IMG/VR virus record: IMGVR_UViG_3300005340_000003
Span: 10,599 to 74,598 of that record
Strand: one strand, 5' to 3'
Source: a virus
Length of the DNA stretch: 64,000 nucleotides
Under the pieces are notes generated by a model. It saw only the letters and a program-made list of their open reading frames with translations, did not search any database and had not been told where the DNA came from. A program made the position numbers and the translations under genes. Shown here one piece after another: positions 55,158 through 64,000 of the stretch. Position 1 is the first letter of the stretch. Every line of letters starts with the position of its first letter.

Positions 55158-56159
55158 GTGTTCAGGGTCGATGACATCTACGACGAAGGTAAGAAAATCG
55201 TGGGGCAATGCTCCGACGAAAAGTTTTTTCGTTGGTGCGGCGATGTCGTGACCATGACGGCCAACAAAGCCGACTTCGAAGGGTGGAAAGGTTGGATCGA
55301 CATCTGCACAGCGGGATGCTCGTGCTCTTCCGGATCAGTTTGCAGTTTTGGCGCGTGTTGCGGAAAACGTTGCGTGACGATGCCGCGAGAAGTCGAAACA
55401 GTTATCGCGGTCAACATCGGCGGTCAACCGTCTCTCGGATTCGAGCAACTTTTCAATTTCCATCTGAACGGCCCGGGTGACTGCCGCAATTCTTGCGATT
55501 GGGCGTGGCAGGATCAAGGTCAATGGCACGTAACATATCGCGACTTGATTACACCCGCGCAACTTGTCGTTCACCTTCAAACGCCCGAAGACAATAACAA
55601 ACAGTTCGTGATTTTTGGTTATGACGACAAGGGAAATGTTCTGCGCCGGGAAGTTGGCGGCGTATGGATGGACGGACTTCAACTCCCAACCGTCTTTGGT
55701 TACGCCATCCCTGAAGTTACAGCGCCGAAGGTGGCTCGAATCACCGGACTTTTCAAAGCCGAATCTGTCGGCAGTATGCGTCTTGCAACGACTGATAGCA
55801 ACGGACAAAGCGGTGTCAATCTTGGCGTTTACGAGCCCGACGAAACCCTCCCTCAACTGAGACGGATTACCCTCAATCGTCAATGCGGTTGGGTGCGGGT
55901 CGCGTATATCAAAACGTCGCCTATTTTCAAGAGCCGGTGGGATCATATACCGCTCAAGAGTCGCCTGGGGTTCCTTTTGGGACTCCAGGCGCATAAACTT
56001 TATGCGGCACTCGATTTCGCCAACGCGCACTCGTGCGAAGCTGACGCTGCGCGTCTCGAACTCGAAGCTCAGATGAAACTGGAGCCTCCAACATACTCGC
56101 CGATACAAGTAATCGACCGCAACAACCTTCGTTCGAAAGACGACTACGATATTCGCTAA
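55158..56159 (+). CDS. Putative head-tail adaptor (tail tubular A-like)
   Basis: Size and position immediately before the nozzle-like gene; inferred from synteny. Confidence 0.5.
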   Translation: MFRVDDIYDEGKKIVGQCSDEKFFRWCGDVVTMTANKADFEGWKGWIDICTAGCSCSSGSVCSFGACCGKRCVTMPREVETVIAVNIGGQPSLGFEQLFNFHLNGPGDCRNSCDWAWQDQGQWHVTYRDLITPAQLVVHLQTPEDNNKQFVIFGYDDKGNVLRREVGGVWMDGLQLPTVFGYAIPEVTAPKVARITGLFKAESVGSMRLATTDSNGQSGVNLGVYEPDETLPQLRRITLNRQCGWVRVAYIKTSPIFKSRWDHIPLKSRLGFLLGLQAHKLYAALDFANAHSCEADAARLELEAQMKLEPPTYSPIQVIDRNNLRSKDDYDIR

Positions 56160-58165
56160 TGGCTGGTGAAAGACTACTCGACTTTGACAGCAGTTGGATC
56201 GGGGGAACAAATAGTTCCGTTGACCCAAGCCAGTTGCCTTTGGGACAAGCCTGGAGCGCGATTAACACAATCAACATCGGCGGCGTCATCTCCTGCCGCC
56301 CCGGGTATCGTTGCATACTTAAACTCCCAAAAGGAAATCTCCAAGGAGCCGCAATTTTTCGTCCTCTTGTCGGCCTAGAACAATTTCTTTTCGCAGTCGA
56401 GGGTCTGATTTACGTTTCCACCTACCCGTTCAAGGAATTTTCGCAAGTCCCGAATATCCTGTTCTCAACTTTCGCGAAGCAGGTTTTTTTCACTCAGACA
56501 CTTCAATCCGCACGTCGCATTAACCCCGGAGACCTTACCTCCGCCATCGAGTTAATCACTCCCCGCGCAGTCATGATTATGCAGGACGGCGGAGCAACCG
56601 CGCCGGCATATTACGACGGATCAACATCGGGTCATATTAAGGGATTGCCTTTCGAAACTCCAATTGGCGGCGTGATGCAATGGGTCGGTGACAGACTTTG
56701 GGTCTCGAACGGTCCGGAAGTGGAAGCCAGCGACATTTCAAATCCATTTTCGTTCATCGAACAAATTTACCTCGGAGGAAAGACCAGCTTCAACTTCAGC
56801 CGGGACGTTACCGCGATGTCGAAGACTCCAAGTATCGAATCACCACAATTGATGGTTTTCACCGACGACGACGTTTCATTACTCCAGGCCGACATTCGGG
56901 ATCGAAGCCTCTGGCCCACCACAATCGGATTCCAAAAGGAGATTTTGCAGGTTGGATGTTCTTCGGCTCGCGCAGTAACTTCAGAGTCAGGCCGTCTGAG
57001 TTGGTGGTCTAGCGCCGGAATAGTAGTTTTCGACGCGGCATCCGCGAGGGCTTGGACTTCGAGAGCACCTATTCGCGACAACGAAATGTTGATCTCTAAG
57101 AAGTTCCTCAAAGAAGATTTGAGCCAAGTCGCTCTTGGAGCTTTTGGACAGTGGACACTTATTTCTGTTCCTGCCGAAGATGTTTACAACAAACACACAT
57201 GGGTCTATAATAATGCAAGCTACGAAACTGTCAGCGACGAAGGCGGGCCTACTTGGTCCGGTTACTGGCTCGGGACTCGCCCCGTGGAATGGCTTTACGG
57301 AGTCATCGCCGGAGCAGAGAAAATCTATCACGTCAGCGCCGATGTGGATGGAGAAAATCGTCTTTGGCAATGCTTCACCCCGGACCGACTCGACAACAAC
57401 TGTCCGATCACCTGGGCAGTTTTCACCCGTGGTTATTTCGGATTGACGAGCAAGACCAAGCCTCCAGGAATCGACTGCCGATATACCTTTGCCGACATCG
57501 GATTTACGGCTATCGCTGAAGATACCGATATTGGAATTTTTTCGGCCCCAGGCGTGCGCGGAAGCTTCAAACCGATTGCAACTCGAAGAATATCTGTCGA
57601 AAAAGGATCGTTGTCTTTTGATCGAGACATCAACATCAACACAGACCTTTTCGCTTACAAAGAGCAATCGAGGATTCTGCGGACTGAAGACCTGTCTCAA
57701 CAGTTCCCCGATGAAGAGTCCGGATCATGCCCGGTCGAGTCGAACCTCAACGATGACAATGAAGAGTCTTTTCAACTTTTGATCGTTGGCCACGGTCCCG
57801 CTACCCTCCGGTGGGTTCGAAGCTTCGCGACTATCGCCCCCGAAGAAGATTTTTCTGGAAGCGCGAAGGCATGCGAGAACGAAGAAGAATTCAACACCAC
57901 TCGATTCGATGGTGAAAGTGTTTTCAATGTCAACTCCGACGAGGCCGAAGCATTGTTGTCCGCGAAGCCACTCAGAATTTTCACTTCGATTCAGACGGCC
58001 TCCGTCAGTCAAAGCGGAATTTCCGCCGTTGGTGTCGGAACAGCCGAATCAATCGTTAACCAGGGCGCAGCCGACAGAGTAGCGAATCGTGTGGCCACTC
58101 GTGCGGCAGAAATCGAAGTGCAAGCCTTTTCTGAACCGTTTCTTTCACTCGGAATAGGATTCTAA
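56159..58165 (+). CDS. Putative tail nozzle / stabilisation protein (P22 gp10 / tubular B-like)
   Basis: GGTNSSVDPSQLP...AIN...RPGY N-terminus, beta-propeller-like body (GDRLWV, QVGCSS), 668 aa. Confidence 0.65.
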   Translation: MAGERLLDFDSSWIGGTNSSVDPSQLPLGQAWSAINTINIGGVISCRPGYRCILKLPKGNLQGAAIFRPLVGLEQFLFAVEGLIYVSTYPFKEFSQVPNILFSTFAKQVFFTQTLQSARRINPGDLTSAIELITPRAVMIMQDGGATAPAYYDGSTSGHIKGLPFETPIGGVMQWVGDRLWVSNGPEVEASDISNPFSFIEQIYLGGKTSFNFSRDVTAMSKTPSIESPQLMVFTDDDVSLLQADIRDRSLWPTTIGFQKEILQVGCSSARAVTSESGRLSWWSSAGIVVFDAASARAWTSRAPIRDNEMLISKKFLKEDLSQVALGAFGQWTLISVPAEDVYNKHTWVYNNASYETVSDEGGPTWSGYWLGTRPVEWLYGVIAGAEKIYHVSADVDGENRLWQCFTPDRLDNNCPITWAVFTRGYFGLTSKTKPPGIDCRYTFADIGFTAIAEDTDIGIFSAPGVRGSFKPIATRRISVEKGSLSFDRDININTDLFAYKEQSRILRTEDLSQQFPDEESGSCPVESNLNDDNEESFQLLIVGHGPATLRWVRSFATIAPEEDFSGSAKACENEEEFNTTRFDGESVFNVNSDEAEALLSAKPLRIFTSIQTASVSQSGISAVGVGTAESIVNQGAADRVANRVATRAAEIEVQAFSEPFLSLGIGF

Positions 58166-59379
58166 TGGATACCATCCTCGATTTACTCTGGCTGAGAATT
58201 CCGCCGATCAACTATGTAACGCCTCCGCTCTGCGAATTCATTTTCAGCGGCAGCGGCAGTGGTTCATTCGTCATCGCGACTCACCCGAGCCCGTGCAAAA
58301 TAACGGGGGTTCGTATCGAGGGCAACACACTTTTTTGGGACGCACTAACCGCCGATAGTTGCAGCGCGGGAGTCGGAGCGATTTGTTACAACGTGTATCA
58401 TGCGACACTCGGATCGAATTCATACTCAGTGGTCGCTGAGTGCATCCCAGGAACCGAATATGATGTTACCGGTCAAACAGGATGCTTCCGAGTTACCGGA
58501 ATCACGACCGAGGGAGAATGCGACTTGAGTGATCCGGCATGTATCGAGGGACCACCGCCCGAAGAATTTTTCAGCGAGGTTTGGAGAAATCAAAACGATG
58601 CGGGGTTCGTTATTCTCGACACAGTTTCGGGAGAAACCGAATCAACTCCGGAACTCTTGTTGAATATTAACTCAGTCCCGAGTGATATACGGCTTAATTG
58701 GGACTCCCTCACTTACGTTGACGCAACGGCAGGTATGGCGGCTGGCGATATTTGGTGTTACAAAGTTCGGTCCAGCGTTCCATCAGTCGGAAACTTCTCG
58801 AACGAAGCATGCGCGGTGATGGATCAATTTTTTCCGTTTAACACTGGAACTGTAGTAAACCATCCAACATGGCAAATCGCTTTTGGTGATTTCCAGCCCG
58901 CCGATAACGTGGATGTCACCGACATAAATCTTTCGGGACTTCGAGCAGTGATCGGAGGGAATCTCTTCCTTGATGCGCTATTAGTGATAAACACTCTCGA
59001 TTTGAGCAGCCTCATACTCGTAACGGGAAGCTTATTTTTTTCGTCGGAGGGACTTATTGGTGGAACGCTCACAGTGCTGTCTCTCCCGTCTCTCGTAAAC
59101 GTAAACGGAAACTTGTTTTGCGATAATACCATGTTCACTTCGGTATCTATCCCGAACCTAATCATGCACAATGGCGGAACATACGCCTTCGATTTTAACG
59201 CACTCGACATCCCTTCAGTAGAGGGAATCCTTGCTCGTGGTATTGCTTCCGGGGTAACATCAGCGACCATCTTCCTTGATGGAGGAACGAACGCGGGATT
59301 ATCGTCATTATCCGCCCAAGGACAGGCTGATTACGCAACTCTTATCGGTCTCGGAAATACGGTAAGCATAAACCCCTGA
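58165..59379 (+). CDS. Tail-associated protein with FN3-like and L-domain/LRR-like repeats
   Basis: YNVY...FRVTG, WCYKVRS...SNEAC; INLSGLRAV, LDLSSLILV, LSLPSLVNV; C-terminus related to 32587..33909. Confidence 0.6.
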   Translation: MDTILDLLWLRIPPINYVTPPLCEFIFSGSGSGSFVIATHPSPCKITGVRIEGNTLFWDALTADSCSAGVGAICYNVYHATLGSNSYSVVAECIPGTEYDVTGQTGCFRVTGITTEGECDLSDPACIEGPPPEEFFSEVWRNQNDAGFVILDTVSGETESTPELLLNINSVPSDIRLNWDSLTYVDATAGMAAGDIWCYKVRSSVPSVGNFSNEACAVMDQFFPFNTGTVVNHPTWQIAFGDFQPADNVDVTDINLSGLRAVIGGNLFLDALLVINTLDLSSLILVTGSLFFSSEGLIGGTLTVLSLPSLVNVNGNLFCDNTMFTSVSIPNLIMHNGGTYAFDFNALDIPSVEGILARGIASGVTSATIFLDGGTNAGLSSLSAQGQADYATLIGLGNTVSINP

Positions 59380-59397
59380 TATGCGTCACTGATTGAT

Positions 59398-60603
59398 ATG
59401 GCCTTACAAGCTACAAACCTCGTCATCCAGGCATCGCAACTGCCCGCAACATTCGCCGGCAAGCCGAACGACCTTTTCCGAGCAATGATCGAACGCATGC
59501 GGATCGTTTCGCCGTCCGGGACCGGTTTTTTCGTGATTGGTGACAATGAACCACCGAACAATCAAGGCCCCTGGTTGAAGGGCGGAACTCAATGGTGGGT
59601 TTGGGATGAAGACTTGAAAAGATACGTCCCACTCGATGTCAGCGAGTCAGAGACAAAATGGTATCAAATCGGAGCGACGACCCCGACAACTTCCGAGCCT
59701 CCGCTTTGGCTCAGAACGACCGCGAACGCGACGGAAGCTAAACCGAGTTTCGGAACACCCGTTGCTTGGTATCTTTTCGATGGAACGACCTGGATACAGT
59801 TACCAGTATTGATTGAAGACCGGTCAATTACCCAGGCGAAACTTCATTGGAATACCCCATTTTTCGGGACGGCATCCGGGACCGATAATTACGTTATTTC
59901 GTTCAGCCCAAACACCGGATTTACTTTGGGCGACGGAGCAGCGACTTCGATTTTGTTTCTGGTGAAATTCCCGAACACAAACACGGGACCGGTGACTCTC
60001 AATGTCAATTCCTCGGGACCGATCCCGGTGAAAAAATTCACCAGCGAAGCAATCGTCGCGGGAGAGATTGTCGCCGGATCGATTCACGCGGTTTCGTTCG
60101 ACGGAACGAATTATCAAATTCTAAGCTCGATCCCCAATCGCGAGTCGGGAGTTTTGTTGAATGTCGTCACAAAAATTTCGAATGTAGCTTTTAGCGGAGC
60201 ACTGATGTTTCCTTACGACAACACGCCTCCGGAAAACACTGAGGGAAACCCATATAATGATTTGGAGACCGTCTATTCAGCGGAGAGGGCCAACTCAAAG
60301 TTGATTGTGGACGTGAAATTACAAGCGTCCACGAATAACGGAACCTATTTTATTACGGCTCTATTCAAAGACTCAGACACGAACGCTTTGGCAGCTAGTT
60401 CAACCTCCATTGTTGCTATCGAGGACGAGCAAGCCACTCTAAGAGCGATTTTCGATGTGGGGGATACGTCTCCGCACACTTACAAAGTTCGATTCGGGCC
60501 GTCAGCTTCGGCTGCGACGGTTTTCATAAATCAAAACTCCACTGCACCGACCTTCGGTGGAACGTTGATGTCGTCACTTACGATTATGGAGGTGTCAGCA
60601 TGA
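59398..60603 (+). CDS. Tail fibre / receptor-binding protein 1
   Basis: The first ~245 aa are paralogous to the next gene; VKFPNTNTGPVTLNVN fibre motif. Confidence 0.75.
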   Translation: MALQATNLVIQASQLPATFAGKPNDLFRAMIERMRIVSPSGTGFFVIGDNEPPNNQGPWLKGGTQWWVWDEDLKRYVPLDVSESETKWYQIGATTPTTSEPPLWLRTTANATEAKPSFGTPVAWYLFDGTTWIQLPVLIEDRSITQAKLHWNTPFFGTASGTDNYVISFSPNTGFTLGDGAATSILFLVKFPNTNTGPVTLNVNSSGPIPVKKFTSEAIVAGEIVAGSIHAVSFDGTNYQILSSIPNRESGVLLNVVTKISNVAFSGALMFPYDNTPPENTEGNPYNDLETVYSAERANSKLIVDVKLQASTNNGTYFITALFKDSDTNALAASSTSIVAIEDEQATLRAIFDVGDTSPHTYKVRFGPSASAATVFINQNSTAPTFGGTLMSSLTIMEVSA

Positions 60604-62060
60604 GTCTCCAAAACACAAACTTGATTATCCAGGCGTCACAGCTTCCGGCGACGTTCAAGGGTAAGCCGAACGATTTGTTCCGCGCAATGGTGGAACGAAT
60701 GCGGATTGTTTCAAGTTCCGGAACCGGATTTTTCGTAATCTCCGACACAGAGCCGCCGAACAATCAAGGCCCCTGGCTGAAGGGCGGGACTCAATGGTGG
60801 GTCTTCGATCCGGACTTGAAACGATATGTCCCACTCGACATCAGCGAGAGCGAAACGAGGTGGTATCAGGTTGGCAACAGCATCCCGACCACGACCAGCC
60901 CTCCGTTGTGGTTGAAAACAACCGCTACAGTTCCGCCTAGTTCTACCGTGGCGGAACCTACGCCGGGAACACCGATTGCATGGTATCTTTTCGACGGTAG
61001 CAACTGGATTCAACTTCCGGTGCTCATCGATGATCGATCCATTACGGCAGCGAAGCTGAATCCAACGGCGAATTTTTACGGCACCGCGTCCGGAACCAAT
61101 AACTATACCCTGGTGTTCACTCCGGACACCCCGTTCAATTACGGCAACGGATCAACCGAAGCTTTTGTCGGTTACGTTAAGTTCACCAACGCGAATACCG
61201 GAGTCTCAACACTCAGCCTCAACGGTGGGGGCGGCGTTACGATCAAAAAGGCCGTCAACATGGACTTGGTTGCCGGCGAAATCAAAGCGGGCTCCGTTCA
61301 TCTTCTCGTTTATGACGGACAGTTTTTCCAAATCCTTTCCGAGTTGCCTTCGACTGAAATCGATCCCGGCCCGGTTGGTGGAATTGGAAACTCTGAGGGA
61401 CTCCTAATTACAAACGATTTGGTTACTCCAGATGACATCCTGGTAATCACTGCCAACAGTGTTTTGCTTGAGGACTCAATGGGTGATGACCTTCGAATCA
61501 ATACGGTCAATCTCGATTTGAATCTCACGCTTTCCGGCCTGGGCGGTCTCGATACGGGATCATCGACGGCGAATACATGGTATTACATTTGGTTGGTGTC
61601 GGATGGGACAACGATCAACGCGGTGTTTTCTCTCAGCGATTCGAACCCGACTCGACCAGCCGCTTATCGATTTATCGGACTCTTCGGAGCGGTTTTCTCC
61701 GACTCCAGCAACGACCTTACGAAGATGTGGCAGACGGCGAGGAAAACCTATTTGATCGTGTCACCTATCGTCAAAGGTCCAGACGGCTTCCAGGATTTTT
61801 CAACTGTTGTTCCGCCGATTGCGATAACTGTTTTCGGATCGACAACTCCAATAGGAGGACCGAATGCCGTTGCAGATTTGGTGATGTCAGGGGACGCGAA
61901 CCTTGTGGGTGGGTTCACTTTTCATTTGCAAGATGTCGCCGGCAACACCACGGCGGTCGGAGGGTTTTTCGAGGTGCCGATGATTACTCCTCAGAATGTT
62001 TACGCAACCTCGACCGGGACACTCGGGGTGAGTTTCGATATTTCCGGATTTACGATATGA
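60600..62060 (+). CDS. Tail fibre / receptor-binding protein 2
   Basis: Shared N-terminus; different C-terminus with GGLDTGSSTANTWYYIWLV. Confidence 0.75.
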   Translation: MSLQNTNLIIQASQLPATFKGKPNDLFRAMVERMRIVSSSGTGFFVISDTEPPNNQGPWLKGGTQWWVFDPDLKRYVPLDISESETRWYQVGNSIPTTTSPPLWLKTTATVPPSSTVAEPTPGTPIAWYLFDGSNWIQLPVLIDDRSITAAKLNPTANFYGTASGTNNYTLVFTPDTPFNYGNGSTEAFVGYVKFTNANTGVSTLSLNGGGGVTIKKAVNMDLVAGEIKAGSVHLLVYDGQFFQILSELPSTEIDPGPVGGIGNSEGLLITNDLVTPDDILVITANSVLLEDSMGDDLRINTVNLDLNLTLSGLGGLDTGSSTANTWYYIWLVSDGTTINAVFSLSDSNPTRPAAYRFIGLFGAVFSDSSNDLTKMWQTARKTYLIVSPIVKGPDGFQDFSTVVPPIAITVFGSTTPIGGPNAVADLVMSGDANLVGGFTFHLQDVAGNTTAVGGFFEVPMITPQNVYATSTGTLGVSFDISGFTI

Positions 62061-62506
62061 GGTTGAATGAGTTGCTAATGCGGGAATATCTGAGCACTGT
62101 TATAGAGGCTAGACAGGATTTGCAAGAGCGTGAACCGGGCGGCTTCGGGAAAATCAACGTGGAATTTTTGGCGGAGACCTGGGCGGGGCTTATGGCACAG
62201 GGTTCTGGAGTGGCCTACGGCGAAGAGGATTCGGGGAAACCGGTTGGGTTTTTGATTGGGACGCATACTCACGATCCGATGACCGGTATTTTGACCGCGT
62301 TTGAATACTTGTGGGTTCGCCGGAAAGACGCTCCGAAAGGGACCGGAATGAAGCTCCTGAATGAATTTGAATCAGAAGCAAAACTCGCCGGTTGCAAACA
62401 GGTAGTGGTCGGATGCAATTCTGTGTATAAGCACGAGGCTCTGGCCTATTGGTATTTGCAAATCGGTTTCAAATTGTGCAGTCAATCTTTCCAGAAATGG
62501 ATTTAA
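62057..62506 (+). CDS. GNAT-family acetyltransferase
   Basis: PVGFLIG...EYLWV...GTGMKLLNEFESEAKLAGC...WYLQIGF; typical position before ejection proteins. Confidence 0.8.
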   Translation: MRLNELLMREYLSTVIEARQDLQEREPGGFGKINVEFLAETWAGLMAQGSGVAYGEEDSGKPVGFLIGTHTHDPMTGILTAFEYLWVRRKDAPKGTGMKLLNEFESEAKLAGCKQVVVGCNSVYKHEALAYWYLQIGFKLCSQSFQKWI

Positions 62507-62509
62507 TTT

Positions 62510-63481
62510 ATGGGTGATGTCCTCGGATTCGTTGGAACAATCGCCGGAGCAGAAATCTCTGCGGCGGCACAGAGAAATATTGCCAACAAACAAATCGCGG
62601 CCCTCGAACGGCAGCGACAGTTTGTCTATGACCAACTCGATCCAAGCCGACTTGCCAAAGCTGCGGCGGCTGGCGATACCGCAAACGCGAAGGCCCGCCT
62701 GGAGCTTCAGAAACAACTCGATCCCGAGCTTTTCAAGTTGCGTTACGGCGCACAGGCCGGCGTAAACGATGCGCTCGAACAACTGAAGTCCGGAGGCACT
62801 CAGGAAGTCGCCGGTCAAGCTGTCAAGGAAGCGTTATCCGGTGGAGACGTAGCGGCCCAGGCGAAACAGAAGCTCATCGATGCCGCCCTCGAACAACTCA
62901 ATGCCGGCGCGACATTGCCTCCCGATGTTCAGGCGGAACTTGTGAAAGCCGGCCTGGAGAAATCCGGAATGGTAACAGGCGCGGCTCGATCAAAAGGTGT
63001 CGGTGGTCAGTTGACTAGACAATTACTCGGATCAGGCGGAATCGCGCTCCAGCAGCAACGACAGCAGCAAGCGATGGGTCTCCTCGGTCGCGCACAAGAT
63101 TTGGAAACGCAGCGTTCGCAGCTACTCGGAACGCTTTTCCCGAACCTCGCGACGACTCAACTCAACGTGTTGAAAGGAAACGAAGGCGCACTCGCTTTTT
63201 CGAACGAGCTAATGCCGAATGCGGGACTCACTGGAAAAGACATCGTGAATCTCTGGCTCGCTCGCGTGGGCGCGAATAGCTCGCTTGAATCGCAGAAAAC
63301 TCAAGCAGGGTATCTTGGCGGGGTCAATAGTGCAGCCGCTCTTCAGCAAGGTTATGGCGCAGCTACTAGCTATGCGGCGAACGCTTTTCCGACGACCTAT
63401 CAGTTGATTAAGCAAGGTCAAAACAGTGGAAACGGAGGTTATACAAAACTTCCGGACGGTAGTTACGATTGGGGAACTTAA
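62510..63481 (+). CDS. Internal virion / DNA ejection protein
   Basis: G/A/Q-rich helical protein following the GNAT gene. Confidence 0.6.
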   Translation: MGDVLGFVGTIAGAEISAAAQRNIANKQIAALERQRQFVYDQLDPSRLAKAAAAGDTANAKARLELQKQLDPELFKLRYGAQAGVNDALEQLKSGGTQEVAGQAVKEALSGGDVAAQAKQKLIDAALEQLNAGATLPPDVQAELVKAGLEKSGMVTGAARSKGVGGQLTRQLLGSGGIALQQQRQQQAMGLLGRAQDLETQRSQLLGTLFPNLATTQLNVLKGNEGALAFSNELMPNAGLTGKDIVNLWLARVGANSSLESQKTQAGYLGGVNSAAALQQGYGAATSYAANAFPTTYQLIKQGQNSGNGGYTKLPDGSYDWGT

Positions 63482-63487
63482 AAACCT

Positions 63488-64000
63488 ATGGCATTTGGAC
63501 CAGCAGAACCAGACGTGCAGCTTCGACCCGAGTTATCGACAAATCGTGTGCCCGTGGATTTTAATGTCGAACAGAACGCGGTCGCGCAATTGGCGGATGC
63601 GTTCCGTAAAGGCGTTGTTACGGCTGACGATTTGATTGAGCGATACGGCACTCTCGCGAAGACGAGGGACAAAGCGCAAATCACCGGTCTGGAGGAATTT
63701 ATTTCTCCTGAATCGATTCAGACGAGGCAGAACCAAGTTCATGCAGCGAATACAGAAGCGATTCTTCGATCCTCTCCGGAATATCAACAAGCGAAACAAG
63801 CAGAATTTATCGACCTTCGAAACAAAGCTGAGGGCGGGGATTACAATGCAATGCGTCAAGCGATGTTGACGAAAGGTTTTCCGATTTCCACTTTCGATGT
63901 CAAAGCGGGATGGACCCCCGACACGATTAAGCGGACCCAGGATGAGTTTCAAGAATTTGTGAACTATAATGACAACGTGGAATCCGCGAAGGCTTTTATT
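63488..64000 (+). CDS. Probable internal virion protein (runs off the right edge; absent from ORF track)
   Basis: Open frame from ATG 63488 (MAFGPAEPDVQLRPELS...) to the window end. Confidence 0.6.
   Translation, partial: MAFGPAEPDVQLRPELSTNRVPVDFNVEQNAVAQLADAFRKGVVTADDLIERYGTLAKTRDKAQITGLEEFISPESIQTRQNQVHAANTEAILRSSPEYQQAKQAEFIDLRNKAEGGDYNAMRQAMLTKGFPISTFDVKAGWTPDTIKRTQDEFQEFVNYNDNVESAKAFI

Noticed and set aside
61577-62056. N-terminal 160 aa of the 309-aa ORF
   Set aside because: Overlaps tail fibre 2 out of frame; the GNAT gene more plausibly starts at ATG 62057 (ATGA overlap).
59398-62060. Diversity-generating retroelement or invertible fibre cassette
   Set aside because: No reverse transcriptase; differences are not adenine-specific; the genes are in direct orientation with no flanking inverted sites seen.
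1-64000. CRISPR array, rRNA, IS element or stop-codon recoding
   Set aside because: No regularly spaced repeats, rRNA or transposase seen. Genes tile densely in the standard code and all three stops are used. The Cas4-like gene is a normal phage exonuclease.

Overview
The window is most of the genome of a tailed dsDNA bacteriophage, probably podovirus-like, with two divergent arms. The left arm (1 to ~30.5 kb, minus strand) carries early and replication genes: metallophosphoesterase, RuvC, a phage sigma factor, primase-SF3 helicase, family A DNA polymerase, SF1 and SF2 helicases, a DUF2800-like exonuclease, an Rnl2-type RNA ligase, HD hydrolase, dCTP deaminase, dNMP kinase and many small ORFs. 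An inverted-repeat-flanked AT-rich island at the strand switch (~30.6 kb) may be the origin. The right arm (plus strand) carries a possible TerS, accessory genes, a serine recombinase, an RNA-gene cluster, TerL, portal, scaffold, a sugar-modification cassette, major capsid protein, and lysis-like, tail, fibre and ejection genes. The most notable observations are: (1) a tandem array of four CCA-terminated RNAs grading from a near-normal tRNA-Pro to a tRNA scaffold with a ~95-nt structured D-loop insertion and a multi-hairpin RNA; (2) a histone-fold protein resembling Bdellovibrio Bd0055/HBb; (3) four glycosyltransferase-like genes plus a GDP-mannose 3,5-epimerase-like gene between scaffold and capsid; (4) a repeated, covarying AAUAAA-loop hairpin in five early leaders; (5) a recurring T(T/G)G-N20/21-CACTNYT promoter, often leaderless, that is a candidate target of the phage sigma factor. 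All calls come from reading motifs by eye; no searches were run.
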